Shown one piece after another: positions 17,823-26,192 of a stretch of 32,000 nucleotides of DNA. Under the pieces are notes generated by a model. It saw only the letters and a list, made by a program, of their open reading frames with translations. It had not been told where the DNA came from and ran no database searches. This DNA comes from Telmatocola sphagniphila (GTDB lineage: Bacteria > Planctomycetota > Planctomycetia > Gemmatales > Gemmataceae): contig NZ_CP074694.1 in the NCBI RefSeq assembly GCF_018398935.1, positions 6,390,001 through 6,422,000 of the forward strand, read 5' to 3'. A program made the translations under genes and the position numbers. Numbering within the stretch: position 1 is the first letter of the stretch; each line of letters starts with the position of its first letter.

Positions 17823-18598
17823 ACTCCCGCTATCTCACCGGATTGGATGTTCGCCGAGCCGCCCGCAATGGGCTGCTCACCTCCCCCACGCCGGGACTGG
17901 CTCCTGGTTTCGTTCAGGCCAATCTGGTGATCGTTCCCAAAGATCTCGCCTTCGATTTTCTGCTCTTCTGTCAGCGCAATCCCAAGCCTTGCCCGCTTCT
18001 GGATGTCACCGAACCGGGCGATCCCACCCCGCGAAACCTCGCGCCCGGGGCCGATCTTCGAACCGATCTGCCGGGTTATCGGATCTACCGACAGGGCGAG
18101 TTGGTGGACGAAGTGACCGATGTCACTCCTTACTGGCAGAGCGATCTGGTTTCGTTCCTGATTGGCTGTTCATTCACATTCGAGAATGCTTTACTCGTAG
18201 CGGGGCTGCCGATACGGCATATCCAGCAAGGCCGTAACGTACCGATGTATCGGACCAATATCGACTGCCAGCCGGCCGGTCGTTTCCATGGCCCGATGGT
18301 CGTTTCCATGCGGCCCATGACGCCGGCTCAGGCGATTCAGGCGACTAATATTTGTGCTCGTTTTCCGCAATCCCATGGTTCACCGATCCATTTTGGGGAT
18401 CCGACGGCCATCGGGATTCACAATCTCGCGCATCCCGATTATGGTGAGGCAGTCGATATTTTCCCGGGGGAAATTCCCGTCTTCTGGGCCTGCGGCGTGA
18501 CTCCACAAGCCGTAGCGGTGGCCAGCCGACTACCGTTTTTGATCACCCATAAACCTGGTCATATGTTTGTGAGCGACAAAAAAGAGACAGCGGGATGA
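17819..18598 (+). CDS. DUF1445/UPF0317 putative hydro-lyase (D-glutamate cyclase-like)
   Basis: Family-typical strings are [77 protein letters not shown] and [12 protein letters not shown]. Its ATG overlaps the upstream stop as ATGA (17819-17822). Confidence 0.85.
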   Translation: MNSRYLTGLDVRRAARNGLLTSPTPGLAPGFVQANLVIVPKDLAFDFLLFCQRNPKPCPLLDVTEPGDPTPRNLAPGADLRTDLPGYRIYRQGELVDEVTDVTPYWQSDLVSFLIGCSFTFENALLVAGLPIRHIQQGRNVPMYRTNIDCQPAGRFHGPMVVSMRPMTPAQAIQATNICARFPQSHGSPIHFGDPTAIGIHNLAHPDYGEAVDIFPGEIPVFWACGVTPQAVAVASRLPFLITHKPGHMFVSDKKETAG

Positions 18599-18689
18599 GT
18601 CTCGTTTAAATGTGTTTTCAAAGTCCATTGTTTCATTTCGCGATAAGCTGTCCTCTTCCAAAGTATTTCCTTTTTTTCGGGCTGAGTCT

Positions 18690-18714
18690 GGGACAGCCGC
18701 TCTGCGGTGTCGTT
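18690..18714 (+). promoter_or_regulatory. candidate ECF-type promoter (GGGAC-N16-CGTT) upstream of the second ECF sigma gene
   Basis: GGGAC lies at 18690-18694 and CGTT at 18711-18714, with 16-nt spacing. This resembles the generic ECF pattern of an AAC-type -35 and a CGT-type -10. It sits about 12 nt upstream of ATG 18726. The match is by pattern only. Confidence 0.25.
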
Positions 18715-18725
18715 CTTGTTTCGTC

Positions 18726-19214
18726 ATGACTGCAAACGAGCTGGGAAGCCTGATTGATCGACTGGCGGGGCCGTTATCGCTCTATGCCCGACAGTGGGTC
18801 GATTCGCCCGAGGACATCGTCCAGGAAGCATTCCTGCGCCTGGTTGCGAAACCGCCGTCCGAAGAACTTCTGGTTCCCTGGCTCTACCGGGTGGTTCGCA
18901 ATGCGGCGATCGATTCGCTCAAAATGTCGCAGCGTCGAAAGCAGCGGGAGCAGAAGCACGCCCAGGGCCGTGGCTGGTTTGTCGAGCAGAACGTCGAAGG
19001 ACTCGATGCGGAAGTAGCTGTGAATTCGCTGAAGGGTTTACCGCTGGAGCAACGGGAAATCATCGTGGCTCATTTGTGGGGTGGTCTGACGTTCGAACAG
19101 ATCGCGAAGTTGACCGATAGTTCGTCGAGCACCGTGCATCGCTCTTATCAGGCGGGGTTAGCCGAGTTGCGAGTGAGATTGGAGGGCCTATGTCCGATGA
19201 AACCGAAAAGTTGA
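18726..19214 (+). CDS. RNA polymerase sigma-70 family ECF sigma factor
   Basis: I chose ATG 18726 (MTANELGSLIDRL...). Region 2 reads DIVQEAFLRLV...WLYRVVRNAAIDSLK. Region 4 reads LPLEQREIIVAHLWGGLTFEQIAKLTDSSSSTVHRSYQAGLAELR. The track start at 18612 adds an implausible N-terminal extension. Confidence 0.8.
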   Translation: MTANELGSLIDRLAGPLSLYARQWVDSPEDIVQEAFLRLVAKPPSEELLVPWLYRVVRNAAIDSLKMSQRRKQREQKHAQGRGWFVEQNVEGLDAEVAVNSLKGLPLEQREIIVAHLWGGLTFEQIAKLTDSSSSTVHRSYQAGLAELRVRLEGLCPMKPKS

Positions 19215-19591
19215 AAGGCCTGCTGGGATTTACTCCCCAGTCGGCGGGTATCGATCGGGATGCCATTATTTTTGCGGCGGGTCGAGCCGCGGCCAACCGA
19301 TCTCGACACTGGAAATACATCGCATCGCTTTTGGCTGGAACTCAGGCTCTTACTTTGGCTTTGCTGATGGTGCCCGCGAAAGTTCCGCAGGGCACGGTTG
19401 CACCCGTGAATACTTCCAATCAAGAACTTGTTAAGGGGCAGACTGAGTTGCCAATTCCCGATCCAAGTGCCTTCTGGGTTTTGCATCAGCATGCTTCCGA
19501 TGGAACTGTAGAAGCAACAAATTTCACGGCCGATTCGGTATCTTCCGAGGCGCCGCTTTCGATGCGGAGCCGACCAGAACAGATTCAATAA
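19190..19591 (+). CDS. single-pass membrane protein, putative anti-sigma factor
   Basis: The 133-aa ORF overlaps the sigma gene by 25 nt in another frame. It has one TM helix (YIASLLAGTQALTLALLMV) after a short cytoplasmic segment (GIDRDAIIFAAGRAAANR). There is no Zn-binding HxxxCxxC motif, so the call rests on position and topology. Confidence 0.5.
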   Translation: MSDETEKLKGLLGFTPQSAGIDRDAIIFAAGRAAANRSRHWKYIASLLAGTQALTLALLMVPAKVPQGTVAPVNTSNQELVKGQTELPIPDPSAFWVLHQHASDGTVEATNFTADSVSSEAPLSMRSRPEQIQ

Positions 19592-19612
19592 TTTTTGTAA
19601 CGAGGAATCTCG

Positions 19613-21016
19613 ATGAAAAAGCTTTGGCTATGTATGGCGATCCTGATGCTTTATGCGAATTTCGCATCGGCTCAAGCGGATAAACCCATTCCGGATTTAC
19701 ACGTGCCGCTGGTAATCGTACCGGCGAAGACTCCCAAGCCCGCCCTGAAATATACACTTCTGCCAGATTACAACGAAATGACTTCTGGGGACGCGCTGGG
19801 TTCTTATTTAAAAAGCTTTGCGGAACAATCGAATCTCTATTTCAGCGCGGCCGGTGAGAAAGAATTCGAGAAATACGAAACCGCTAAGTTAACCGAGCTT
19901 CCAGAAGCGGCAGCAACTTTTGGCGGCAAGAGTCTCACGAATGCCGATTCGGCCGCACGGATGGATCACATCGATTGGCTGAGCGTGACGCATCTGAAAC
20001 GAGATGGCATTCAAACTTTACTACCCGAAGTTCAACAAATGAGAAGGCTGGCGAGGGCATTGAAAATTCGGGCTCGGGGACAAATCAATCAGAAAAAATA
20101 TCCCGAGGCGATTGAAACGATCAAAACAATGCTCGGCATGGCCCGTCACATGGACCAACACCCGACAGTCATCGGTAATCTGGTAGGCGCTGCCATGGCC
20201 CTGGTGGCAGTGCAACCTTTGGAGGAGTTCACCACCGAACCGAATACGCCGAATCTTTTCTGGGCTTACGCCTGGTTACCGAAGCCGTTAATCGATTTTC
20301 ACAGGGGAATCGATAGCGAACGCTACACCTTGAACTATGAATTCGGAAATTTGATGGATCCGGATCTTGTGTGGAATGAGGAATTGATTGAAAAAGCGAA
20401 TACCAAGTTGAAGGTGCTTCTTCCGTTGATCAGCGATGAAAATTTCAAAAAATCAGAGAAGGTTCCGGCGACGCTCAACTGGATTTCGGAGCGATGGAAA
20501 GATGAAAAATTTCTGGAAGGATGCAAATCTCGATTGATCGAACTGGGATTGGACCCCAAAAAGGTAGCAAAATATCCCAAGGAACAACTCGTTTTCGTAG
20601 ATCAGATCAAAAAATTCGAGATCTATCGGGATGATCAGATCAAATATGCGAAGCTCCCCAGTGCTCAGTTTGTGAAATTATGGTCCCAACCCAAAGGTAT
20701 GAAGGAAGGTGAAGATCTCCTTACTCAGGCCTTCATCGGTTCCTATGGGATTCTGTCCCCTTATAGAAACGCCCAGTTGCGAGTCGCCCAGCGCTTTGCT
20801 CTGTTGCAAGTGATTGAAGGACTGCGAGAATATGCGGCCCTGCATGAGGGGAAATTACCGTCCGCGTTGTCCGAAGTCGATCTGCCTTTACCAAACGATC
20901 CTATCACCGACAAGCCGTTCAACTACGAGCTGAAAGAGGGTAAAGCGACCCTAAAAGGGACGAAATTTAATGAGCGTTTCCAGCTCGTGATTTATGAACT
21001 GGAAGTTAAACACTAA
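19613..21016 (+). CDS. exported protein (hypothetical), third gene of ECF module 2
   Basis: The 467-aa product has the signal peptide MKKLWLCMAILMLYANFASAQA. It is mostly helical, I recognise no motif, and an intrinsic terminator follows it. Confidence 0.65.
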   Translation: MKKLWLCMAILMLYANFASAQADKPIPDLHVPLVIVPAKTPKPALKYTLLPDYNEMTSGDALGSYLKSFAEQSNLYFSAAGEKEFEKYETAKLTELPEAAATFGGKSLTNADSAARMDHIDWLSVTHLKRDGIQTLLPEVQQMRRLARALKIRARGQINQKKYPEAIETIKTMLGMARHMDQHPTVIGNLVGAAMALVAVQPLEEFTTEPNTPNLFWAYAWLPKPLIDFHRGIDSERYTLNYEFGNLMDPDLVWNEELIEKANTKLKVLLPLISDENFKKSEKVPATLNWISERWKDEKFLEGCKSRLIELGLDPKKVAKYPKEQLVFVDQIKKFEIYRDDQIKYAKLPSAQFVKLWSQPKGMKEGEDLLTQAFIGSYGILSPYRNAQLRVAQRFALLQVIEGLREYAALHEGKLPSALSEVDLPLPNDPITDKPFNYELKEGKATLKGTKFNERFQLVIYELEVKH

Positions 21017-21039
21017 ATCGTCTGTAATCTTTACAACGG

Positions 21040-21067
21040 ATCGGCGGAGTCCCCCCGCCGATTTTTT
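21040..21067 (+). terminator. rho-independent terminator
   Basis: A perfect 8-bp GC-rich stem pairs ATCGGCGG (21040-21047) with CCGCCGAT (21055-21062). The loop is the 7-nt AGTCCCC, and a T-run spans 21062-21067. It starts 24 nt after the stop at 21016. Confidence 0.75.
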
Positions 21068-21215
21068 CGTCATATTCTTTTCCAAGCCCGTTGGTTTGAT
21101 TCAAATACGCGCTAAAATCACTAGTCGGTAAACATTTGCTGTGTACGGACTTGGATGGTTCAAGGCGATGTGGAAATTTCCGGAATCTCAACAGGGTGAC
21201 AGTGGCATCCGCCCG

Positions 21216-21824
21216 ATGCTGAAGCTGGGTGTTGCGGCGCTCACCTGCCTGATCTTTGTCTCAGCGACCACCGCCATCAGTCGGTTTGGCGGAAATCTCG
21301 GGCAGGAAAAGAAGGAGACTTTTCCGCAGCAGGTACTCATCATTCGCCACGCCGAAAAGCCATCGGCCGATATGGCTTCGTCTCATTTGTCCCAGCAAGG
21401 CACGAAGCGGGCCGAGCAACTTTTCAATCTCTTCGATAAATCGAAGAAACGGCCTAATCCTTTCCCGACACCCGATTTCATTTTCGCGGCCCGCGACTCT
21501 AAAAACAGCACTCGACCCTCCGAGACCGTAACTCCATTGGCAAAAAAATTGAATCTGAAAATCGATGGTCGGTTCGGCAACGAGGATGGGGCAGATCTCG
21601 CTAAGCTGATTTTCGGTGATCAGAAGTACGCCGGCAAAGTCGTGCTACTTTGCTGGCGGCACGGTTCCATTTCGCAGCTGGCCAAGCACATGAAAGCCGC
21701 CAATGCACCGGAAAGCTGGAAAGACGAAGTCTTTGATCGTGTTTGGCAAATCACCTACGAGAATGGAAAAGCGATTTTCAAAGACCGACCTCAATCGCTG
21801 ATGGATGGCGATTCCTCCAAATAG
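21216..21824 (+). CDS. membrane-anchored or exported histidine-phosphatase-superfamily-like protein
   Basis: An RHG-type motif occurs in VLIIRHAEKP, with a second His context at VVLLCWRHGSISQLAKHM. The N-terminal hydrophobic segment is LKLGVAALTCLIFVSATTAI. The start is uncertain among 21141 (GTG), 21168 and 21216. Confidence 0.45.
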   Translation: MLKLGVAALTCLIFVSATTAISRFGGNLGQEKKETFPQQVLIIRHAEKPSADMASSHLSQQGTKRAEQLFNLFDKSKKRPNPFPTPDFIFAARDSKNSTRPSETVTPLAKKLNLKIDGRFGNEDGADLAKLIFGDQKYAGKVVLLCWRHGSISQLAKHMKAANAPESWKDEVFDRVWQITYENGKAIFKDRPQSLMDGDSSK

Positions 21825-21974
21825 ATTTCTGAAGGCCCATTCGTCCACAAATCGTCATCTTGAATAAAAATGCTCTTTTTTTGTTGATTTAATCTCGCCC
21901 TGGGATTATTTCGCCCGCACCACCTTCGATACCGCTTTTTGAATTTCCTTTACGAAATCATTCTGGAACGAAAT

Positions 21975-22952
21975 ATGAACTCCCGATTCTGCTTTCTATT
22001 GATGACCATATTGACTTGGAATATCGGTGTTTTGACTGCTCAGGAACTGCCGAATTCAGGCTATCGATCAGCGGTCTACCCTGTAGCCGACTTGATTTGT
22101 TCTCCTCAGCCTTCGACTGCGAACGGAAAGCCTACCACCTGCGAGCAGCAATTGATGGCTCGAATTCAAAAAGAAGTAGCCCCAACCAGCTGGGGAGTTA
22201 CCGAAGACTTTGCGACGATGGTTTACGATGCCAAGACCTTCTCCCTGACGGTGCGACAGACCGAGGCCGCTCATAAACAGATCGCGAATTTGCTGAAAGA
22301 ACTCGAGCGAGGGCAAATCGCGATTGAAATGCGAATTGTGAACTGCTCAGAAAAATCTGTCGAAAAACTCGGGAATCTGGCACCGAATTGGACGACGAAG
22401 GAGGGTATTACTTACTCCTTCATTGATCTGCAGCGATATTATCGCCTGCTCGATGGTCTCCAGGCCGATCCGACTACCAACTGCATGCAATTCCCAAAAA
22501 TTACTATGTTCGAGGGGCAAACGGGACATATTTCTCTCGAGGATCAGATCAATCTTAAGCTCGTACCGAGTTTGTCCAAAGATAAACGGTTGATCACGGT
22601 GAAAACGCAATTGAGGTTGAAAGCCTCCCCAGATGAAAAAGATTCCTCGAAGGAATTATCTCTCGATGCGGTTACTAAATTGCGCGATCAGCAAACTATC
22701 GCTTTTCTTCTTGGCACGGTTCCGGCGGAAATCAAACCCGATACCTTCACTGCTTTCACACGTTTCATTTCTACAGATCGGATGCTCGGTAAGCAGAAAA
22801 AGCTTTTCGAGAATCGCTATATCATTGCCGTGATGACCCCCCGTCTGATCGATGAAGAAGAGTCGACTTTTGAAGTGCGGTCGCTCAAAGGAAAACTGGA
22901 ATCAGTCGAGGACGGAAAATTTCCCCCACTGACCCCTCCCAAAGCCAAATAA
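21975..22952 (+). CDS. short exported secretin-like protein (type II/III secretin C-domain-like, degenerate)
   Basis: ATG 21975 gives the signal peptide MNSRFCFLLMTILTWNIGVLTAQE. Secretin-like strings are QIAIEMRIVNCSEKSVEKLG, LQADPTTNCMQFPKITMFEGQTGHISLEDQ, LKLVPSLSKDKRLITVKTQL and the C-terminal NRYIIAVMTPRLIDEEE. The resemblance was judged by eye only. Confidence 0.45.
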   Translation: MNSRFCFLLMTILTWNIGVLTAQELPNSGYRSAVYPVADLICSPQPSTANGKPTTCEQQLMARIQKEVAPTSWGVTEDFATMVYDAKTFSLTVRQTEAAHKQIANLLKELERGQIAIEMRIVNCSEKSVEKLGNLAPNWTTKEGITYSFIDLQRYYRLLDGLQADPTTNCMQFPKITMFEGQTGHISLEDQINLKLVPSLSKDKRLITVKTQLRLKASPDEKDSSKELSLDAVTKLRDQQTIAFLLGTVPAEIKPDTFTAFTRFISTDRMLGKQKKLFENRYIIAVMTPRLIDEEESTFEVRSLKGKLESVEDGKFPPLTPPKAK

Positions 22953-22967
22953 GCTTCGATTTTTCCA

Positions 22968-24347
22968 CTAAATCGGCAGCGGCGGTCGTTTGAATCCGAC
23001 CGCTTTTTCGAACTGGGCGGCAAACTGAACTAGGGCCCGATCGGAAAGCAACGGCCCGACCAATTGAATCGCTATAGGAAGACCCTCGCTACTCCAGGCG
23101 ATGGGTAACGAAGCGGCCGGCCAGCGAAGAAAGCTCCAGGGGTTCTGAAAGCGATTATCGCCCGTCGTTTCCATTCCGGGCGGCAAAGTCGAGGTGGCCG
23201 GGCAGAGAATCACATCGCACTTATTCGGTCGGAAGAAGTAACTTTCGCCCGCTTTACTCCAGTCAAAAAAAGTATTGTAAAAATCATCGAAGATTTTCTT
23301 GTACGATTGATCTTCCGACTGCTCTTTCCCCTCTTCCAGGAATTCTCGTATACGCGTCGGATACTCCTCGGGATGCTTCCGGTAGCGCTCCTCATGATAG
23401 GAGTAAGCCTCCGAAAGCATCAAACCGCGATGCGCGGGGAGAATTTCGTGGAAATGGGCCGGTACGCGCACTTCGACAATCTGAAAAGAATCCGACTGCA
23501 AAGTATTGCATAATTCGTCGATCGCTTTGGTAATCTGCGGATAGCAATCGGTTTCGAAAAAGCCTCTTAATCTTCCGACTCGAATTTGCCTGGGAAGTGC
23601 CCGGGAAGCCAGATTAAAATTTTTATCGATGGCTTCGTAGATCAGCGATACATCTTCCAAAGTCGAACCAAAAAGACCCAGGGAATCGAAGGAACGAGCC
23701 AGCGGCAGAGCCCCTTCCAAATACGGCCAATAGATTTCATCGGAATCTTCGTCGTACGACAGTCCGGAGAGTTTCAGGGATGAAATTCCACAGAAACTGG
23801 CAGGGCGAATCGTCGATCCTCCTGTCTGGCTGCCTATGGCTCCCAGACACATACCAGCGGCCACCGCCGCGGCTGAACCACTACTCGAACCTCCTGGCGT
23901 TCGATTCGGATTCCAGGGATTGCGTGTCGGTGCCGGATCCAAAAAAGCGTAAGGTGTAGTATGCGTTTTACCCAGAAGCACTGCGCCCGCATATCGCAGT
24001 CGGTTCACCACCCAGCTATCTTCCCGTGCGATGCTGGTCGCCCAGCGCGGTGAACCACACGCCGTCGGCCAATCGGCCACATCGAAAATATCCTTGATAC
24101 CGAATGGAATCCCGGCAATCGGGGAGGGATCCCGCATGGACTTGGGATTTTTCCTCCGTTCGTTAAGGACGACTTCCGCTGCCATGGCGAACTCCCGGGC
24201 ATCTTCTTCGAAAACATGTACCCAGGCGGAAATTTTCGGCTCATGCTCTCGGATTCGCTTCAGGCATTCCTCCAGGATTTCGAGGGGACGTATTTCCCCC
24301 GAGGCCAACAGGGGTCGAGCTTCGGTAATAGTTTGGGGGATGTTCAT
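22968..24347 (-). CDS. amidase-signature (AS) family amidase, GatA-like
   Basis: The AS signature is GGSSSGSAAAVAAGMC, with a catalytic Lys context at FGIKDIFDV. I preferred ATG 24347 (MNIPQTITEAR), which has GAAGG about 6 nt upstream, over 24371. Confidence 0.85.
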   Translation of the reverse strand: MNIPQTITEARPLLASGEIRPLEILEECLKRIREHEPKISAWVHVFEEDAREFAMAAEVVLNERRKNPKSMRDPSPIAGIPFGIKDIFDVADWPTACGSPRWATSIAREDSWVVNRLRYAGAVLLGKTHTTPYAFLDPAPTRNPWNPNRTPGGSSSGSAAAVAAGMCLGAIGSQTGGSTIRPASFCGISSLKLSGLSYDEDSDEIYWPYLEGALPLARSFDSLGLFGSTLEDVSLIYEAIDKNFNLASRALPRQIRVGRLRGFFETDCYPQITKAIDELCNTLQSDSFQIVEVRVPAHFHEILPAHRGLMLSEAYSYHEERYRKHPEEYPTRIREFLEEGKEQSEDQSYKKIFDDFYNTFFDWSKAGESYFFRPNKCDVILCPATSTLPPGMETTGDNRFQNPWSFLRWPAASLPIAWSSEGLPIAIQLVGPLLSDRALVQFAAQFEKAVGFKRPPLPI

Positions 24348-24414
24348 CCGGGAACCTTCGTGCGACAGCAATTCTCATACTATATCGAAGTCGAAATTTT
24401 TTAGGGTGAGAGAC

Positions 24415-25428
24415 ATGACCAAGGTTGCGATTCTCGGGGGCTCCGGTTACACGGCCCTGGAGTTGATGAAGATATTTCTTCGCCATCCAGAGGTTCAGAT
24501 CGAAGCGATCACCAGTCGGGATAAAGAGTTCCCGCACATAGCTGACGTGCACCCCAGCCTGGCCAAAAGGCTCGACATCCGCTGCGAGGTGTTTGATGCC
24601 CGCAAATTGAAAGATCGGGGAGTCGATTGCGTTTTTGGCTGTCTGCCACACGGGGCCAGTGCGGAGTCGATCAAGCAAATATTGCCTTTAGGAATGCGCG
24701 TCGTCGATCTCTCGGCCGACTACCGGTTGCGCTCGACCGCAGAATTTCAGAAGTATTACGGGGAACCGCATCACGACATCGCGAATCTGGCAGACGCTGT
24801 CTATGGTTTCCCGGAAGTATACGGCGACAAGATCACCGCCGCGAAGTTGATCGCCAATCCGGGCTGTTACCCGCAGACCGGCATCATTGGCTTACTGCCT
24901 CTGGTGGCCGCCAAAGAAGTCGATTTAAAGAATATCATCATCGATTCGAAATCCGGGGTAAGCGGGGCCGGGCGGACTCCCAAGCTCAATACACACTTCC
25001 CGGAATGCAATGAAAACTTCAGTGCTTATAACGTCGGCAAACATCGCCATACACCGGAGATCGAACAGACTTTGGGGGATGTGGCCGGGGAGACGGTTGA
25101 AGTGATTTTCACGCCGCACCTGGTGCCGATGGATCGGGGTATGTTGAGCACGATTTATGCGGTTCCCAAACGGAGCTTCACGGAACCCGAACTCTATGAA
25201 ATGTACCGGGCCTATTATGCGAGCAATCCCTTCGTCAGAATTCGAGAAGCTTTGCCCACCACCAAGGATGTGACCTTCAGCAACTATCTGGATATTGCAC
25301 TCCGGGTAGTCCGGGGTAAGATTGTGATTCTGGTTTGTATCGATAACCTGGTGCGCGGGGCGAGCGGTGTGGCCGTGCAGAACTTCAATCGAATGTTTGG
25401 TTACGTGGAAACAACCGCTCTCATATAA
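24415..25428 (+). CDS. argC: N-acetyl-gamma-glutamyl-phosphate reductase
   Basis: The protein begins MTKVAILGGSGYTALELMKIF. The active-site Cys context is ANPGCYPQT, and SGVSGAGR plus the C-terminal IDNLVRGASG are also present. The track ORF from 24031 is an artefactual extension antisense to the amidase gene. Confidence 0.9.
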   Translation: MTKVAILGGSGYTALELMKIFLRHPEVQIEAITSRDKEFPHIADVHPSLAKRLDIRCEVFDARKLKDRGVDCVFGCLPHGASAESIKQILPLGMRVVDLSADYRLRSTAEFQKYYGEPHHDIANLADAVYGFPEVYGDKITAAKLIANPGCYPQTGIIGLLPLVAAKEVDLKNIIIDSKSGVSGAGRTPKLNTHFPECNENFSAYNVGKHRHTPEIEQTLGDVAGETVEVIFTPHLVPMDRGMLSTIYAVPKRSFTEPELYEMYRAYYASNPFVRIREALPTTKDVTFSNYLDIALRVVRGKIVILVCIDNLVRGASGVAVQNFNRMFGYVETTALI

Positions 25429-25442
25429 TCGGAAAGGATTTC

Positions 25443-26192
25443 ATGTCCGAGTTGCTGCAACAGATCGAGGATGTTCTGAAGGCGGTGATGCCGTTCAATT
25501 CGCAAGGGCATTTTGTCGGCTTCGACAGCGATGGCCTGATGCAGACCCTCGCGAAACCGGAAATCACGCTGTTCTCGATGATTGCTCTCGCAATCATCGC
25601 CTTGCTGGAAACCGGGCTTTTCTGCTTTTTTCTTCCCGGCGATTCGCTTTTTGTAACAGCTGGGCTGGTAGCCTATAACAGCGACTGGTCTCTGCTGAAG
25701 CTCATTCCCATTCTGATTTGCGCCTCGATCATCGGCGATTCCAGTGGGTACTGGATCGGACGAACGATAGGTTCTTCCCTGTTCCGTGGAAATGACTCGT
25801 TCCTGTTCAAGAAAAAGCGACTGGAAGAGGCCCACGCGTTCTTCGAAAAGTACGGCGGCCGTTCCATAATCGCGGCCAAGTTCGTTCCGATCGTCCGGAC
25901 CTTCGTTCCTCTTGCGATTGGTATGGGCCGAATGAATTACTGGCGCTATCTCGCCTGCAGTAGCCTGGGAGCCGTCGCTTGGATCACCAGTATGGTCCTG
26001 TTGGGGTATTCGTTGACTCCCTGGCTCGATCCACTGATGCAGAGCATCTTGGGGCCCGAGTTTCAGGTGCGCAAACACCTTGAAAAGGTGATCCTTCTGG
26101 TTGTATTTCTCTCCGTAGCCATTCCCTCGGTGATCGTCTGGCTTAAGAAGAAAAAAGAATTGAAACCATCAATTGTGACGGAAAGTGTATGA
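25443..26192 (+). CDS. DedA/VTT-family inner membrane protein
   Basis: DedA-type strings are [24 protein letters not shown] and [36 protein letters not shown]. There are multiple TM helices. AAAGGA sits 7 nt upstream, and only 14 nt separate it from argC. Confidence 0.85.
   Translation: MSELLQQIEDVLKAVMPFNSQGHFVGFDSDGLMQTLAKPEITLFSMIALAIIALLETGLFCFFLPGDSLFVTAGLVAYNSDWSLLKLIPILICASIIGDSSGYWIGRTIGSSLFRGNDSFLFKKKRLEEAHAFFEKYGGRSIIAAKFVPIVRTFVPLAIGMGRMNYWRYLACSSLGAVAWITSMVLLGYSLTPWLDPLMQSILGPEFQVRKHLEKVILLVVFLSVAIPSVIVWLKKKKELKPSIVTESV

Noticed and set aside
18677-18700. A hairpin GGCTG-N9-CAGCC preceded by a T7 run after the DUF1445 gene looked like a possible terminator.
   Set aside because: The T-run lies upstream of the stem on the plus strand and so appears as an A-run after the stem on the minus strand. 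Neither orientation fits an intrinsic terminator. The stem is only 5 bp and overlaps the candidate ECF promoter.
24031-24414. The track gives long N-terminal extensions for argC (24031). It does the same for the ORFs starting at 4102, 12230, 18612, 21141, 21939, 24371 and 7922.
   Set aside because: The extensions overlap neighbouring genes or add sequence ahead of obvious signal peptides or conserved N-termini. Internal ATGs give canonical N-termini (MTKVAILGGSGY for argC) or ATGA coupling. The exact starts for 21141/21216, 13629/13635, 10531/10504, 11144/11117 and 29433/29358 remain uncertain.
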